The notes: generated by a model not told the origin, from the sequence alone. Positions 8,667 to 19,720 are shown, counted from the first letter of the stretch. The stretch: 64,000 nt of DNA from an uncultured Gammaproteobacteria bacterium (GCA_964371245.1 CAYJKP010000002.1:257469-321468), one strand, 5' to 3'. A program made the numbers and translations.

Positions 8667-10529
8667 CTACTGCTCGAGTTTCTTCCCGATGGCCTCCAAC
8701 CAACCAACAACCTCCTTCTTCCCACCCCGTTCATCTATCCGCCCCGGCGTCATCGCGTCAACGGCCTCTGTATTCAGCCGTCGTTTTGCCTGGCACACCT
8801 TCTTACCCCGCACTTTCTCGGTCAGGTCGTTCCATGGGGTCTTATGCGGATCGGTCGCAGCGCTATGAGTGGCTTCCGCCACCAACTCTGGGACGTTGCA
8901 GTCGTCTGTCACAGTTACACAAACCGAGAGCTTTGCCTCTATCGCTTCAGCGTGGAGGTAGTTCTCAAGTTCTCGCTTGTTCGTAATGAATGCGATTGAT
9001 CCATCGCTACGCCCGTTCACGCTGTTTGCCTCGCCTTGGTATTTTGGTGGGTCATCTGATCCTCGATCGAACAAGTGGATTTCCGGTATTCCCAAGTTCC
9101 GCAGATAATGGGCGCGGACCCAATCGCGGAGGTTTTCCCCGCCGAGAGCAATGACCGCGATACGTGGATCATTCTCGATATCCGGCAACATAGGCGTTTC
9201 GGAACGGAGGCAGCGGCTCATGCGGGTAAGATGCTGGACATCGTTTGGTCCCTCTACACAGACAAGGACGCGAACGCGGCTGTCAGGGAGTACACCAAGG
9301 TCATCGGCCACTCGTCGATAGGTTGACTCATCGCCAACTTCGATCATGGTCGTGCCGTCGACCGTACGCGTAACGTGCCGAATGCTGCATACGGGAATGA
9401 GGCCCGCAAGTCCTGGGACGTGGGTCGTGAGGATCACCTGACATCCGTCGGTCGTTGCGAGATCCTGCAGAGCTTCAACAAGCATCTTCTGATTTTCAGG
9501 ATGCTGCGAGGCTTCAGGCTCCTCGATCGCATATATGATGCTCGCTTGTCCCTTCTCAAGTCGTCGGCGTTCTGCTTCGGCACGGAAGAAACTGAGCAGG
9601 ACGAGCCGACGAAGTCCGCTACCACGCTTATTCAGTGGAATACCATCATCGCTGTCGAGTGAAAGTTTGAAAATCGAATCCCACTTCGGTTCGTTCTTGA
9701 ACTTAGGTGTGAGAGCAGAGCCGAGTCTCGGGTCGAGCTCCTGGAGCTTCTTCAAAGTACGATCTGCTACTTTGAGAACGGAATCCTGCACCTTGGTCTT
9801 CACGCGTTCTAGGTCGGACATCATCTCCGCGACGGCCTGCTTGACAGCAACCTGCATGGGATCCTGGGCTTCCGTGTCCTCGTCTGTGCTTGGCCGATCC
9901 GCACGGAAAATCGCAAATGCGGGCAGCTGCTGGGAGAGCTGCTCCCATATTGCTTTGGCATCCTCCTTGTTGAGAGGGATCTCGGTCGGTTGAAGGCGCA
10001 GGTCTTCGATCGACGACCGGATGGCAGTCCGGAGGGCGGAGTTGCATCGAAGATCAACGTTGGATGTGCCCACCTTCAAATCCGAAGCACGCTTCTTCAG
10101 ATCGGTGTTCTTCAGAAGAAGGAGATCACCGGCACCCTGGGCGGTCGGGTGAAGTGCCGCGGCCCAGAACCCCCGGTCAGCCACCTTCCCGTCCTTACAC
10201 TCGAAAACCCTATGGATCTCAAGATCTCCATCCGCATTGAGAAGTAGCTCGGCTGAGAGCGTGGTCGTGGCTGTGGCATCGATCACCACCTTGTCGGGGA
10301 GCTCAGTAAAGATGCAGGCAATCCGAACCTCATGATCCGCCGCGTGGACACACTTGTCGCCAGCGTCAAGCTTCAGATTCGGAGCGCCCAAGAAAATTCC
10401 GATGGCGTCGAGGATGCTCGATTTACCAATGTCGTTCTTGCCCACGAGGGCGGTGAGGTCATCGATGGGTATTAGCGTATTGCCGCGATAACCGCGGAAG
10501 TTCTGTAGCTTTACGGCCTTTAATTTCAT
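8667..10529 (-). CDS. OLD-family ATP-dependent endonuclease (ABC ATPase plus TOPRIM)
   Basis: LQNFRGY, GKNDIGKS Walker A, IEEPE..QHP, TTH, VEGPND and LFD TOPRIM motifs. Confidence 0.85.
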   Translation of the reverse strand: MKLKAVKLQNFRGYRGNTLIPIDDLTALVGKNDIGKSSILDAIGIFLGAPNLKLDAGDKCVHAADHEVRIACIFTELPDKVVIDATATTTLSAELLLNADGDLEIHRVFECKDGKVADRGFWAAALHPTAQGAGDLLLLKNTDLKKRASDLKVGTSNVDLRCNSALRTAIRSSIEDLRLQPTEIPLNKEDAKAIWEQLSQQLPAFAIFRADRPSTDEDTEAQDPMQVAVKQAVAEMMSDLERVKTKVQDSVLKVADRTLKKLQELDPRLGSALTPKFKNEPKWDSIFKLSLDSDDGIPLNKRGSGLRRLVLLSFFRAEAERRRLEKGQASIIYAIEEPEASQHPENQKMLVEALQDLATTDGCQVILTTHVPGLAGLIPVCSIRHVTRTVDGTTMIEVGDESTYRRVADDLGVLPDSRVRVLVCVEGPNDVQHLTRMSRCLRSETPMLPDIENDPRIAVIALGGENLRDWVRAHYLRNLGIPEIHLFDRGSDDPPKYQGEANSVNGRSDGSIAFITNKRELENYLHAEAIEAKLSVCVTVTDDCNVPELVAEATHSAATDPHKTPWNDLTEKVRGKKVCQAKRRLNTEAVDAMTPGRIDERGGKKEVVGWLEAIGKKLEQ

Positions 10530-10684
10530 AAGGGGAATCTTAGTTGATTATGCCTGCGCGTCAAGCTAGCCCGCTGGAGCGTGCAGTTTGTAGTAGGGGA
10601 CGAGCGTGCTCTTTCCAGTAGGGGTGTAACAGGGGTAATATCAGGCAGTTACAGTCTAGCAGGTTTGTAGCTGTTCTTCGAGAT

Positions 10685-12634
10685 CTAGCGCAATACCACC
10701 TTGGTCCGTTCAAGAAAGGCTGCCAGTTTTGCCTTAAGCCGGCGATCGGTGGGTCGATGCCTGCTGCGCTCCCAATCCAGAACCGTGCTTGGATCAACCT
10801 CCAGCTGTCGGGCAATGTCCGCGTGGGAGAGGCCGAGCCGTCTTCGGGTCGCCCGGAGCTGCTCTCCAATCGTGGACCCGATCTCTGTAGGTTCGTAGCC
10901 TAGGAACCGAATCACTCCCGGGATCGCCCGGAGGTTTGGGGTAGCGGTTCCGACCTCCCAGTTATGGACCGTGGTCTTATCGACGCCGATCCGCAACGCA
11001 ACCTCCCGCTGGAGAAGTCCGAGGTCCAAGCGACGTTTTCGAACGTGGTCGCCGATCGACCGGAGTTCCGTAGGATACGCTCTATCAATGGGTTTCGGCG
11101 TTCGGAGCACGAGATCACAAAATGGCAACGCAGGGGTGACGTTGTGTTGCCCTTTTGTGACGACTTCCGAAGCCGAAGGGAGGTAGCAGAGGTGTATTTC
11201 GACGTCGCCTTTCCCAATCACGATCCGTTCGACGATGTGCTCCACGATCTGTCGCCGGTCTTCGACCGCCAGGGTGGACCATCGGGAATAGAGGTCTTTG
11301 GCCTCGGTCAGGATCTCATCTCGGGAGAGGTACTGGATCTTGAGGAAATCGACGTCTCCCTGGAGTTGTGGGAGCTCTTCCTCGATCTGCTTGAGACGCT
11401 CTTCGAGGGGGCGGTACTGCCTGCCGTACCCTTCGACGGTGATCGCGTCGCTCATATAGGCACGATGGACTTTATCCATCTCCCGGACGACTCGGTCCCG
11501 CTCGGTCTCCATGGTCTGGAGGGTCTCCTCCTTCGCTTTGATCTCCTGGTCGGCCTGGCCGAGGTGTGCCGCGATGTCCTCCGGGGAGAAGAAGAATCCC
11601 TTGAGCTGCTCCTCGAAGACGGTTTCGAGGTCCTCGATCGGGATCTTGTTGCGGCACTTCTGGCAGCCGTACTTTGTCGTCTTCGTGAGGACGTACATCT
11701 TCTGACCGCAGAAGCAGAAGACGAGACCGGCGAAGAGATGGACCGGCTTCTTCGCCTCGCGTTTGCCGTTCCGTCGCCGCTCATCGAGAATCGCGTTCGC
11801 CTGGAGCCAGATTTCTTCGGAGATGATTGGCTCGACTGGAGTTAGGACCCATTCATCCTGCGGCTTGAGCTTCCAGTTCTTCTTCTCGCCGAGGGACTTC
11901 GTGTAGTTCGCCCGGCGGATCCCCTTGGCCATCGGGTCCCGCAGAAGCCGGTCCACAGTTGTATCCGAGAACTTCGAGCCGTTCCGGGTCCGGTAGCCCT
12001 TCTCGTTCAGAAGCCGCGCTACGGCCTTCTTGCGTTTGTGCTCCAAGAAGAGTTCGTACATGAGCTTGCGGACCGGGGCTTCTTTCGGATCCGGGACGAG
12101 CTCCCGATTCTCCCATTGGTAGCCGAAGGGAGCGGCACCGCCGAGGGGCTTGCCGAGTTTCGCCCTGACGGGCACGGACGCCGCCACCCGTTCGGCGATC
12201 TCCTCCCGTTCCCACTGGGCCATCGCCGCGACGACCGTGAAGAAGAGCCGCCCAGCCGGGGTCGAAGTGTCGATCGCCTCCGAGAGGGAGATGAGGTCCG
12301 CCTCGTGATCCCGGAAGATGTCCGCGAACTCCAGAAGCTCTCGGGTGTTTCGGGCGAGCCGCGCGAGCTTCGAGAAGATGAGCGCCGTGATGTGACCACC
12401 TCGGATGTGCTCAAGCATTCGCTCGGTTTCGGGAAGCCCCATGACAGACTTTCCGGAGACCGCTTCGAGGTGGTAGACCTCGCGGACCCGCCAGCCTTTG
12501 GCCTCGGCATACATCCGCGCCCGCTTCTCATGATGTTCAGGACTTTCACCCCTCGCTTGGTCCTCGGTCGAGACGCGGATCCAGATCCCGACCTGCCTTT
12601 GAGTCTGCGGTTCTTCCTTTTGCTGCTTCTTCAT
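10685..12634 (-). CDS. Large serine recombinase with C-terminal tandem XRE-HTH fusion
   Basis: IRVSTEDQ catalytic Ser, ARLARN, CFCG/CQKC zinc ribbon, coiled coil, then two HTH_3 repeats. Confidence 0.9.
   Translation of the reverse strand: MKKQQKEEPQTQRQVGIWIRVSTEDQARGESPEHHEKRARMYAEAKGWRVREVYHLEAVSGKSVMGLPETERMLEHIRGGHITALIFSKLARLARNTRELLEFADIFRDHEADLISLSEAIDTSTPAGRLFFTVVAAMAQWEREEIAERVAASVPVRAKLGKPLGGAAPFGYQWENRELVPDPKEAPVRKLMYELFLEHKRKKAVARLLNEKGYRTRNGSKFSDTTVDRLLRDPMAKGIRRANYTKSLGEKKNWKLKPQDEWVLTPVEPIISEEIWLQANAILDERRRNGKREAKKPVHLFAGLVFCFCGQKMYVLTKTTKYGCQKCRNKIPIEDLETVFEEQLKGFFFSPEDIAAHLGQADQEIKAKEETLQTMETERDRVVREMDKVHRAYMSDAITVEGYGRQYRPLEERLKQIEEELPQLQGDVDFLKIQYLSRDEILTEAKDLYSRWSTLAVEDRRQIVEHIVERIVIGKGDVEIHLCYLPSASEVVTKGQHNVTPALPFCDLVLRTPKPIDRAYPTELRSIGDHVRKRRLDLGLLQREVALRIGVDKTTVHNWEVGTATPNLRAIPGVIRFLGYEPTEIGSTIGEQLRATRRRLGLSHADIARQLEVDPSTVLDWERSRHRPTDRRLKAKLAAFLERTKVVLR
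11115..11160. repeat. attP-like imperfect inverted repeat inside the recombinase CDS
   Basis: TCACAAAATGGCAACGCA-N10-TGTGTTGCCCTTTTGTGA; 18 bp arms with 2 mismatches. Confidence 0.7.
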
Positions 12635-12644
12635 CGGACTACAC

Positions 12645-15600
12645 CTATTTCTTGTCGCCCTTCAGGCGTTTCATAGCCTTGGCGATCACCTGGGAGACCG
12701 CATCTCGTTTGGCGGTCTTGTCCTGCTCCGTAACCGACTTATACTTCACTTTCACTTTGTAACCGCGAACCGTCCCAGATGTGCTCGCGGCTTCAGCCTC
12801 GATTCCTTCGAGCACCGCGAACGCCTCCTCCGGAGTCGAGAAATGCACGCGCTTCAATTCATCTTCCGAGAGAGTATTCGCCGCGAGCTGTCTGATCTTG
12901 GTCAGCGCCTTCTTCTCGGATGACACGACCACGATTTGCTCGAATCCGGCCGCGAGGCACTTCTGTACATTCCCGAGTTCGTGGTCCGGTGTCGTCGTGA
13001 CCGCGATCTCGCAGGCGACAGATCGGTCGCCCTTCCGCAGGGCCACGTCCACGCTTCCGAGTCCGTCGAGGATCTTCTCCTCGATGGTTGCCCGCCACTC
13101 CCGAGACTCGGCCCAACGCTTCAGGAGTTCCTGCAGATACTTGTGCTGCTGACCACCCCGACCTGGAGTTGGTATAGCTGACGGCGGCAACTGGGGTGGC
13201 TCCGCCCGCTTCGGTCGTTCGGTACTGGTTGGCGTCGGGACCGGCGGGGAAGGTGCGAGGATAGTCGCGCTCTGCGGGACGGGCTCGGCAGGTCGGACCG
13301 GGACCCGGCCGGGAACGGAGCGCTGAAGGATCGCCTCGATCTCTTCCCGCCTCATCGCATACTTCTCGCGCGATTGGGAAATGACCGCATTCCTGCGGCT
13401 GCGAGCCTCTTGAGGATCGACCTCAGCAAGCCTCGGAGTATCGAGGTTGAAGTCGAATTCCGCCCGTTCGACCCTGGCGATGGCCTGGCCGATTCCGAGG
13501 TTCTGGAGGTCCTTGGCTTCATAGGAGGCGAAACCTTCATTGAGGGTACGGGCGTCCTGATCGCCCACCCGGAAACAGATCCTGGTATATGGATTCGACA
13601 GCACGGAGCTCAGAACCTCCGGGCTCTTGCTCCCGATTTGCCGGAGGTCCTGATGCGCCAGGACCAGACCCAGCCGGTACTTGCGCGCACCCGAAAGGAT
13701 CTGCTCCATCGTGGGCGTGACGAAGTTCTGAAATTCGTCGATGTAGACGTAGAATGGCCGGCGTTCAGCTTCAGCCACCTCCTGGCGGCTCATCGCTATC
13801 TGCTGAAGTTTGGAAACGAGGAGACTGCCAAGAAGATGCGCGTTCTCCTCGCCAATCGCACCTTGGGAGAGCCGGGCGAGGAGGATCTTCCCCTCATCCA
13901 TCATCCGGCGGAAGTCGAGCCGGTCATCCTTCTGCGCGACCATATATCGGATGAGTTTGGGTCGGAGAAACGTGTCGAGACGGGTGAGGATCGACGCCTG
14001 AGGATTCCCTTTGAGGAGCTGGAACTCCTTCTGCCAGTAGTACACGACGTCCGGATCACGGACGGTTGCGAGGAATTCGTCACGGAAACTCTTCTCCACG
14101 AGGAACCGGCGAAGATCGACGAGAGTGCCGCCCCGGTCGCTTTCGAGGAAGGCGAGGATCGCGTTCCCCAGAACCGAGGTCATCTGATCGCCCCACGAGG
14201 TGGAGAGCCTGCGGAAGACAGCGGCAAGATCGGAGGAGAGAAGCGTCTTTTCGAGCTCGGAGTGCGCCGAGAGTATGTTGAATCCTACCGAGTATTCGGT
14301 ATCGGCGGGATCGAAGAGGATGACGTCATCGATCCGCTCTTCCGGCACTCTCTCCAGGATCTGGTCGATGAGGTCCCCGTGCGGGTCTAGGACGGCGACA
14401 CCCTGGCCCGTCTTCAGATCCTGGAGGATGAGATTCAGAAGGAGCGTGGACTTGCCGGTGCCCGACGCACCGATGACGTACATGTGTCGGGACCGTTGAT
14501 CGGGAGTGAGTGCAACCTCCACGGTCTTTCCGGCATGAGCGTTTATGCCGAGAAGGAGCCCGGAACCTGTTGCGATCGCCGGCGCAGCCCGCGTCTTCCG
14601 TTGCTCGCGCTTCAGTTTCTCGACGCGGACCGAGGCCGAAGGCGGGTGAACCAAGGAGACGAGCTCCTCCGTGTTCAGAATCATTCCGCTCCGGCGGGAT
14701 CGCCGAAGAATGAAATCCTCCATGTGATCGGTGTTCTCGTACCCGTCGTTCGATAGTGGGATGAGCTCGTTTCCGGCCGGATTCCCGAAGGTCTTGAGGC
14801 TTCCACCGATGGCCCGGGCGAATTCCCAGACCCGTCCCGGATCGGGACTGGTGACTCCGAGCCTGACCACAGAGGCGAAGAGAGGGTGCGCAACCTTCGC
14901 CTTGGCCGCCGCCGCGATCTCGGGTGCATCGAAGAAGAAGGGGTTCCCCTCATCGTCCAGGGCCGAGTTCATGATGCTCTCGGCCCATGCATGCCGGACC
15001 GGCTGGAAGAGGATCTGCAGGACGGCGATCTCGCCCTCCTCGAGATCGGAAAGGGCCGACGTGACTCCGATCAAGGGGTCGATGTCGAAACCCTTGAAGG
15101 TCCGGAGCGGCAGCATGAATTCCCTGGAGAGCCCGAAGTCCACGATGATCGTCTGAGCTCCCTCAAGCTCGGCCCACTGGGACAGTAGGAATTCGGGTTC
15201 GCTGGTGATGACCACTTCGGGGAAGTGGCCTTTGAGCTGCTGGGAGATCTTGGAGGCGTCCTGTTCCCGCACCGCGACCTGGATTGTGATGGAATCCGGG
15301 AGGCCGATGACCTCATAGGAGAGCGGCCCCACGGCGACGGGAAGACTGCGCAGGAACTGCTCGACTGCTTCCCGGGCGACCTTGAACGGGGGTGGAACGG
15401 AGAGCCGCAACTCGGCGATCGGGAACTCATCCTCCAGTGCATCAGGTTCGGGCTCACGCACGTCGGCGATTGGCGCGTCGTCTGTCGGGGAGGTTCGTGG
15501 CTGACCCGTTACCAGGCTCCGAAGTCCGTCGGTGAGATTGCTGAGCAGGGTTGGCCTGCGGCCGTCATCGACCTTGGATCGGATCGGTGGGACCCGGTGC

Positions 15601-15779
15601 ATCCGAAATGGAGCGAACGGCGGTTCCAGCTCGACCGGATATGGAAAGACCTGCCAGCCCCGGCCGCGCTTTTCCCACGTGTAGAACTGTGCGGTAAGGC
15701 GCTCAATCTGAGTCGGGGGACCTCCCAGGACGGAGGTCTCTGCCTTCTCCCAGGGAATCAGATCCCGATCGTCTTCCAT
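12645..15779 (-). CDS. VirD4/TrwB-like (HerA/FtsK superfamily) ATPase with C-terminal PD-(D/E)xK-like domain
   Basis: HMYVIGASGTGKS, VLDPHGD, YIDEFQNF, ARKYRLGLVLAHQ; Pro-rich linker then H..LQ...VDVAL...ACEI. Confidence 0.8.
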   Translation of the reverse strand: MEDDRDLIPWEKAETSVLGGPPTQIERLTAQFYTWEKRGRGWQVFPYPVELEPPFAPFRMHRVPPIRSKVDDGRRPTLLSNLTDGLRSLVTGQPRTSPTDDAPIADVREPEPDALEDEFPIAELRLSVPPPFKVAREAVEQFLRSLPVAVGPLSYEVIGLPDSITIQVAVREQDASKISQQLKGHFPEVVITSEPEFLLSQWAELEGAQTIIVDFGLSREFMLPLRTFKGFDIDPLIGVTSALSDLEEGEIAVLQILFQPVRHAWAESIMNSALDDEGNPFFFDAPEIAAAAKAKVAHPLFASVVRLGVTSPDPGRVWEFARAIGGSLKTFGNPAGNELIPLSNDGYENTDHMEDFILRRSRRSGMILNTEELVSLVHPPSASVRVEKLKREQRKTRAAPAIATGSGLLLGINAHAGKTVEVALTPDQRSRHMYVIGASGTGKSTLLLNLILQDLKTGQGVAVLDPHGDLIDQILERVPEERIDDVILFDPADTEYSVGFNILSAHSELEKTLLSSDLAAVFRRLSTSWGDQMTSVLGNAILAFLESDRGGTLVDLRRFLVEKSFRDEFLATVRDPDVVYYWQKEFQLLKGNPQASILTRLDTFLRPKLIRYMVAQKDDRLDFRRMMDEGKILLARLSQGAIGEENAHLLGSLLVSKLQQIAMSRQEVAEAERRPFYVYIDEFQNFVTPTMEQILSGARKYRLGLVLAHQDLRQIGSKSPEVLSSVLSNPYTRICFRVGDQDARTLNEGFASYEAKDLQNLGIGQAIARVERAEFDFNLDTPRLAEVDPQEARSRRNAVISQSREKYAMRREEIEAILQRSVPGRVPVRPAEPVPQSATILAPSPPVPTPTSTERPKRAEPPQLPPSAIPTPGRGGQQHKYLQELLKRWAESREWRATIEEKILDGLGSVDVALRKGDRSVACEIAVTTTPDHELGNVQKCLAAGFEQIVVVSSEKKALTKIRQLAANTLSEDELKRVHFSTPEEAFAVLEGIEAEAASTSGTVRGYKVKVKYKSVTEQDKTAKRDAVSQVIAKAMKRLKGDKK

Positions 15780-15787
15780 GGTTCACC

Positions 15788-16498
15788 CTAGCCACGCAGA
15801 AAATCCCGCATGATTGGCTTCTTCTCTTCGTCCGTCAGAGCCCGCAGCCCCTTCGCCGTTGTGAGGCCATCGATGACCTCGGTCACCGCGGAGTGCATCG
15901 CCGACTGGAACATGAGCATCGTGTCGATGCGATAGTAGGTAAGCGGACGGAAGAACCGCTCATAGAGCGGCCCGAGGAGCGGGACCGCCAGGATTGGATC
16001 ATCGGCATCCATATCGAGTGCCTTGGTAGCGGCTCGATAGACGTACCAAACGACGATGAGGGTCACAAGCGTGATGAGAAGTCGTATCAGGAAGTACGGG
16101 CCACGGATGTGTTGACCGTGCCGGCCGAGTTGCATGAGAATATTCACGATTCCGCTGTGGACCGCGTAGTAGGCGACGAGAGTACCGAGGAGGATCGCCC
16201 AGCAAAGCCATCTTGGCGGGCGCTTCTCTCCCACCCACCACGAAAAAAAGAACCCCGTCCCGAAGGGCGCGGCGCAGAGGTCGAAGGCGAGCTTCTGCCT
16301 GGTGACGCGAAGGTACTCCCGCTTGGCGGAGAGGACCCCGCCCTCGTGCCAGTCCACCCGTGACGTGGAGATCCCGGGGGTCTGACGGCGTTGGAGCGCC
16401 GCCTCGACGGAGGTATAGAAGTCGAGCGCGGACGTCTGGAAGTTGTCGTAGGGCTTTTGCCAATGCGAGAACAGATTGGCCAACAAGGGCTTAGGCAT
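15788..16498 (-). CDS. Hypothetical 2-TM membrane protein
   Basis: Two hydrophobic helices; SD GGGAGG; first gene of an apparent three-gene operon with the ATPase and recombinase. Confidence 0.75.
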   Translation of the reverse strand: MPKPLLANLFSHWQKPYDNFQTSALDFYTSVEAALQRRQTPGISTSRVDWHEGGVLSAKREYLRVTRQKLAFDLCAAPFGTGFFFSWWVGEKRPPRWLCWAILLGTLVAYYAVHSGIVNILMQLGRHGQHIRGPYFLIRLLITLVTLIVVWYVYRAATKALDMDADDPILAVPLLGPLYERFFRPLTYYRIDTMLMFQSAMHSAVTEVIDGLTTAKGLRALTDEEKKPIMRDFLRG

Positions 16499-16579
16499 GC
16501 GACCTCCCTTCTCTGATGGATCCTATCGATAGTCGAGGATACGTCTATACGATAAGCAACGCAAGGGGTTGCGTTGCCA

Positions 16580-19500
16580 CTACGACTCCGCCCAGCCCTG
16601 GGAGAGTACTTCCGCCTGCTCAAGGACAGTTTGTGTCGCCTTCTCTTGCTTGTCCGGTGGGTAGCCATATTTGCGCAGGATGCGCTTGACGATCGTTCGC
16701 AGGTGCGCGCGCACATTCTCCCGCTGGGTCCAGTCGATCGTTACGTTGCTCCGAACGGAATCCACCAGTTCGCGGGCAATCGTGCGGAGCGTTTCGTCTC
16801 CAAGCACTTGCACAGCACTATCATTGACGCCGAGCGCATCGTAGAACGCTACTTCGTCCTCGTTGAGTCCGAGCTTCTCCCCGCGCTGGTTCGCCTTGCG
16901 CATCTCCTTGGCAAGACCGATCAGCTCCTCAATGACTTGAGCTGTTTCGATGGCGCGATTTTGGTAGCGTCGGATGGACTGCTCAAGTAGCTCAGCGAAG
17001 GAACGGGCCTGAACAACGTTCTTCAGGCGCCGGCTTCGAATCTCCCCGCTGAGCAGCTTGCGCAGCAGTTCGACGGCGAGGTTCTTCTGCGGCATCCCCC
17101 GGATCTCGGTCAAGAACTCGTCCGAGAGGATTGAGATGTCGGGCTTCTTGAGACCCGCGGCGGCGAAAATGTCCACGACTTCGTCGGAGGCGACCGCCTC
17201 GGAGACGATCTGTCGAATCGCGTGCTCGATCTCCTCGGGGGACTTGCGGTCGCCGGGCACGTTCTTCACCAGCACCGAGCGCACGGCTTGGAAGAATCCC
17301 ACATCGTCGCGGATTCGGATAGACTCCAAGTGCGGAACAGCCAGGGCAAACGCCGCCGACAGTTCGCCTACGGCTTGAACAAGCCGATTCTTGCCGTCCG
17401 GCTGGGTCAGAACGTGCTCCTGTGCGATAGGCAGCAGGCTGAGACGATCCGCCGGCTTGCCGTCCTTCCATTTCGTCCACTCAAAGCCGTGGAAGATACC
17501 GCAGCAGATCTCATACTTCTCAAGCATGACGGAGACGGCCTCACTCTGGTCAATCGTAGTGTCACCCTTGCCGCCACTCTCGGTGTAGTTTGCGAGTGCC
17601 TTGCGGAGCTCATCAGCGAGCCCGAGGTAGTCGACGACCAAACCGCCCGGCTTGTCCTTGAAGACACGGTTGACACGGGCAATCGCCTGCATGAGTCCGT
17701 GGCCCTGCATCGGCTTGTCGATATACATAGTGTGGAGGCAAGGCGCGTCGAATCCGGTCAGCCACATGTCGCGCACGATCACGATCTTGAACGAGTCCGC
17801 CGGATTCTTGAACCGCTCCGCCAGCGTCTCACGTCGGGCTTTGTTACGGATGTGCTCCTGCCAGTCTTCCGGGTCGGCGGCCGCACCGGTCATCACGACC
17901 TTTACCACACCCTTGTCGTCGTCCTCGTTGCGCCAATTGGGCCGCAGAGCGACGATGGCGTCGTAGAGTTCGACGCAGATGCGCCGGCTCATGCACACCA
18001 CCATAGCCTTGCCGTCAATTGCGGACAGGCGTTGCTCGAAGTGACTTATGAGATCCGCAGCGATGATATTGATTCGCTTCTCGGTGCCGACCAATGCCTC
18101 GAGTTGGGCCCACCTCGTCTTCAGCTTCTCCTTGTGTGAAACCTCCTCGCCTTCAGTGGCCTCCTCGAATGCCGCATCAAGCACAGCATGTTGGCTGTTC
18201 CTCAATTCGAGCTTGGCGAGACGGCTTTCGTAGTAGATCGGCACAGTCGCACCGTCTTGGACCGCACGCTGGATGTCATAGACGGAGATGTAGTCGCCGA
18301 ACACTGCCCGTGTGTTCTTGTCCGTCAGCTCGATCGGCGTGCCGGTGAATCCTATGAATGAGGCGTTAGGCAGGGCGTCGCGCATGTGCCGCGCGAACCC
18401 GTCGATAAAGTCGTACTGGCTCCGGTGTGCTTCGTCGGCGATAACAACGACATTTCGCCGGTCTGAGAGCAGCGGGTGCATGTCCCCGCGTTCTTCGGGG
18501 AAGAATTTCTGAATCGTAGTAAAAATCACACCCCCAGCGTCGCGGTGCAGTAGCTGTCGCAGCTGAGAGCGGCTTTCGGCCTGATCGGGAGGCTGACGTA
18601 AAAGGTCTCTGCAGCGGGAGAAGGTTCCGAAGAGTTGCCCGTCCAAGTCATTCCGATCAGTGAGGACCACGATGGTTGGATTACGCATTTCCGGCTGAAG
18701 CACAACCCTGCCCGCATAGAAAGCCATGGTCAGGCTCTTGCCGGACCCTTGAGTGTGCCAGACGACGCCGATCCGACGATCACCGGGTTTCGCCTGGTTC
18801 GATTCTTGGTCGCGGCGCTCGTCTCGACCGTCGCCGATCCGGTCGGAACTCTCAGCTATAGCCGCGCGGAGGGTCTCCTCCACTGCTACGTTGACCGCAT
18901 GGTACTGGTGGTAACCAGCCATCTTCTTTAGCAGCAGCCCGCCGCCCATGTCCTCGAACACGAGAAAGTACCTGATGAGATCGAGAAATCGACGCTTCTC
19001 GAAAATGCCTTCGATGACCACCTGGGCCTCCGGTAGACGCCGATCGGCAAGCTCCCCTCCGGTGATCGTGCGCCAGGGCATGAACCACTCGCGTTCAGCC
19101 GTAAGAGTCCCCACTCGGGCCTGGACGCCATCCGAGATGATGAGTGCTTCGTTGAAGGCAAATAGAGACGGGATTTCCCGCTTATATGTTTGAAACTGAC
19201 GAAAGGCAGACCAGATTGTTGCCATCTCATCTGCCGGATTCTTGAGTTCGATCGCAGCAAGCGGGAGGCCGTTGACGAACACGACGACATCGGGTCGCCG
19301 GTTGTTCCGGTTCTCCATCACAGTGAACTGATTAACAACGAGCCAATCGTTGTTGTTGGGATTCATGTAGTCAAGAAGCTGCGCTTGCGCACCTGCGATC
19401 GTCCCATCTGGACGGCGGTACTCGACTGTGACGCCGTCGACAAGCATCAAGTGTGCGGCATGGTTAGTTGTGACCAGCAGAGGCGACGTTATCCGAGTTA

Positions 19501-19720
19501 CCTTCCGAAATGCTTCATCGACCGCGTCGCCCGGGAGATCGGGGTTCAGTCGCGTCAGCGCGGAGCGAAGGCGATCCTCAAGGATGACCTGGCTGTAATC
19601 GGACCTTTCAGAGCTCGGTTCCCCCGGGGCCATGTCTGGACCGAATCGCGTGCCGTAGCCAAGCCCATCAAACCAGATCAGCACGGCGTCCTCTACTTCA
19701 GATTCGATGAATTTCGTCAT
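16580..19720 (-). CDS. hsdR: Type I restriction endonuclease subunit R
   Basis: [52 protein letters not shown]. Confidence 0.97.
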   Translation of the reverse strand: MTKFIESEVEDAVLIWFDGLGYGTRFGPDMAPGEPSSERSDYSQVILEDRLRSALTRLNPDLPGDAVDEAFRKVTRITSPLLVTTNHAAHLMLVDGVTVEYRRPDGTIAGAQAQLLDYMNPNNNDWLVVNQFTVMENRNNRRPDVVVFVNGLPLAAIELKNPADEMATIWSAFRQFQTYKREIPSLFAFNEALIISDGVQARVGTLTAEREWFMPWRTITGGELADRRLPEAQVVIEGIFEKRRFLDLIRYFLVFEDMGGGLLLKKMAGYHQYHAVNVAVEETLRAAIAESSDRIGDGRDERRDQESNQAKPGDRRIGVVWHTQGSGKSLTMAFYAGRVVLQPEMRNPTIVVLTDRNDLDGQLFGTFSRCRDLLRQPPDQAESRSQLRQLLHRDAGGVIFTTIQKFFPEERGDMHPLLSDRRNVVVIADEAHRSQYDFIDGFARHMRDALPNASFIGFTGTPIELTDKNTRAVFGDYISVYDIQRAVQDGATVPIYYESRLAKLELRNSQHAVLDAAFEEATEGEEVSHKEKLKTRWAQLEALVGTEKRINIIAADLISHFEQRLSAIDGKAMVVCMSRRICVELYDAIVALRPNWRNEDDDKGVVKVVMTGAAADPEDWQEHIRNKARRETLAERFKNPADSFKIVIVRDMWLTGFDAPCLHTMYIDKPMQGHGLMQAIARVNRVFKDKPGGLVVDYLGLADELRKALANYTESGGKGDTTIDQSEAVSVMLEKYEICCGIFHGFEWTKWKDGKPADRLSLLPIAQEHVLTQPDGKNRLVQAVGELSAAFALAVPHLESIRIRDDVGFFQAVRSVLVKNVPGDRKSPEEIEHAIRQIVSEAVASDEVVDIFAAAGLKKPDISILSDEFLTEIRGMPQKNLAVELLRKLLSGEIRSRRLKNVVQARSFAELLEQSIRRYQNRAIETAQVIEELIGLAKEMRKANQRGEKLGLNEDEVAFYDALGVNDSAVQVLGDETLRTIARELVDSVRSNVTIDWTQRENVRAHLRTIVKRILRKYGYPPDKQEKATQTVLEQAEVLSQGWAES

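Noticed and set aside
8667-10529. Gabija or retron system
   Set aside because: No adjacent UvrD helicase or reverse transcriptase
13374-14390. Long antisense ORFs (also 10964-11845, 17222-18139, 25254-26252, 60179-61063)
   Set aside because: Shadow frames of GC-rich genes on the opposite strand, with no motifs
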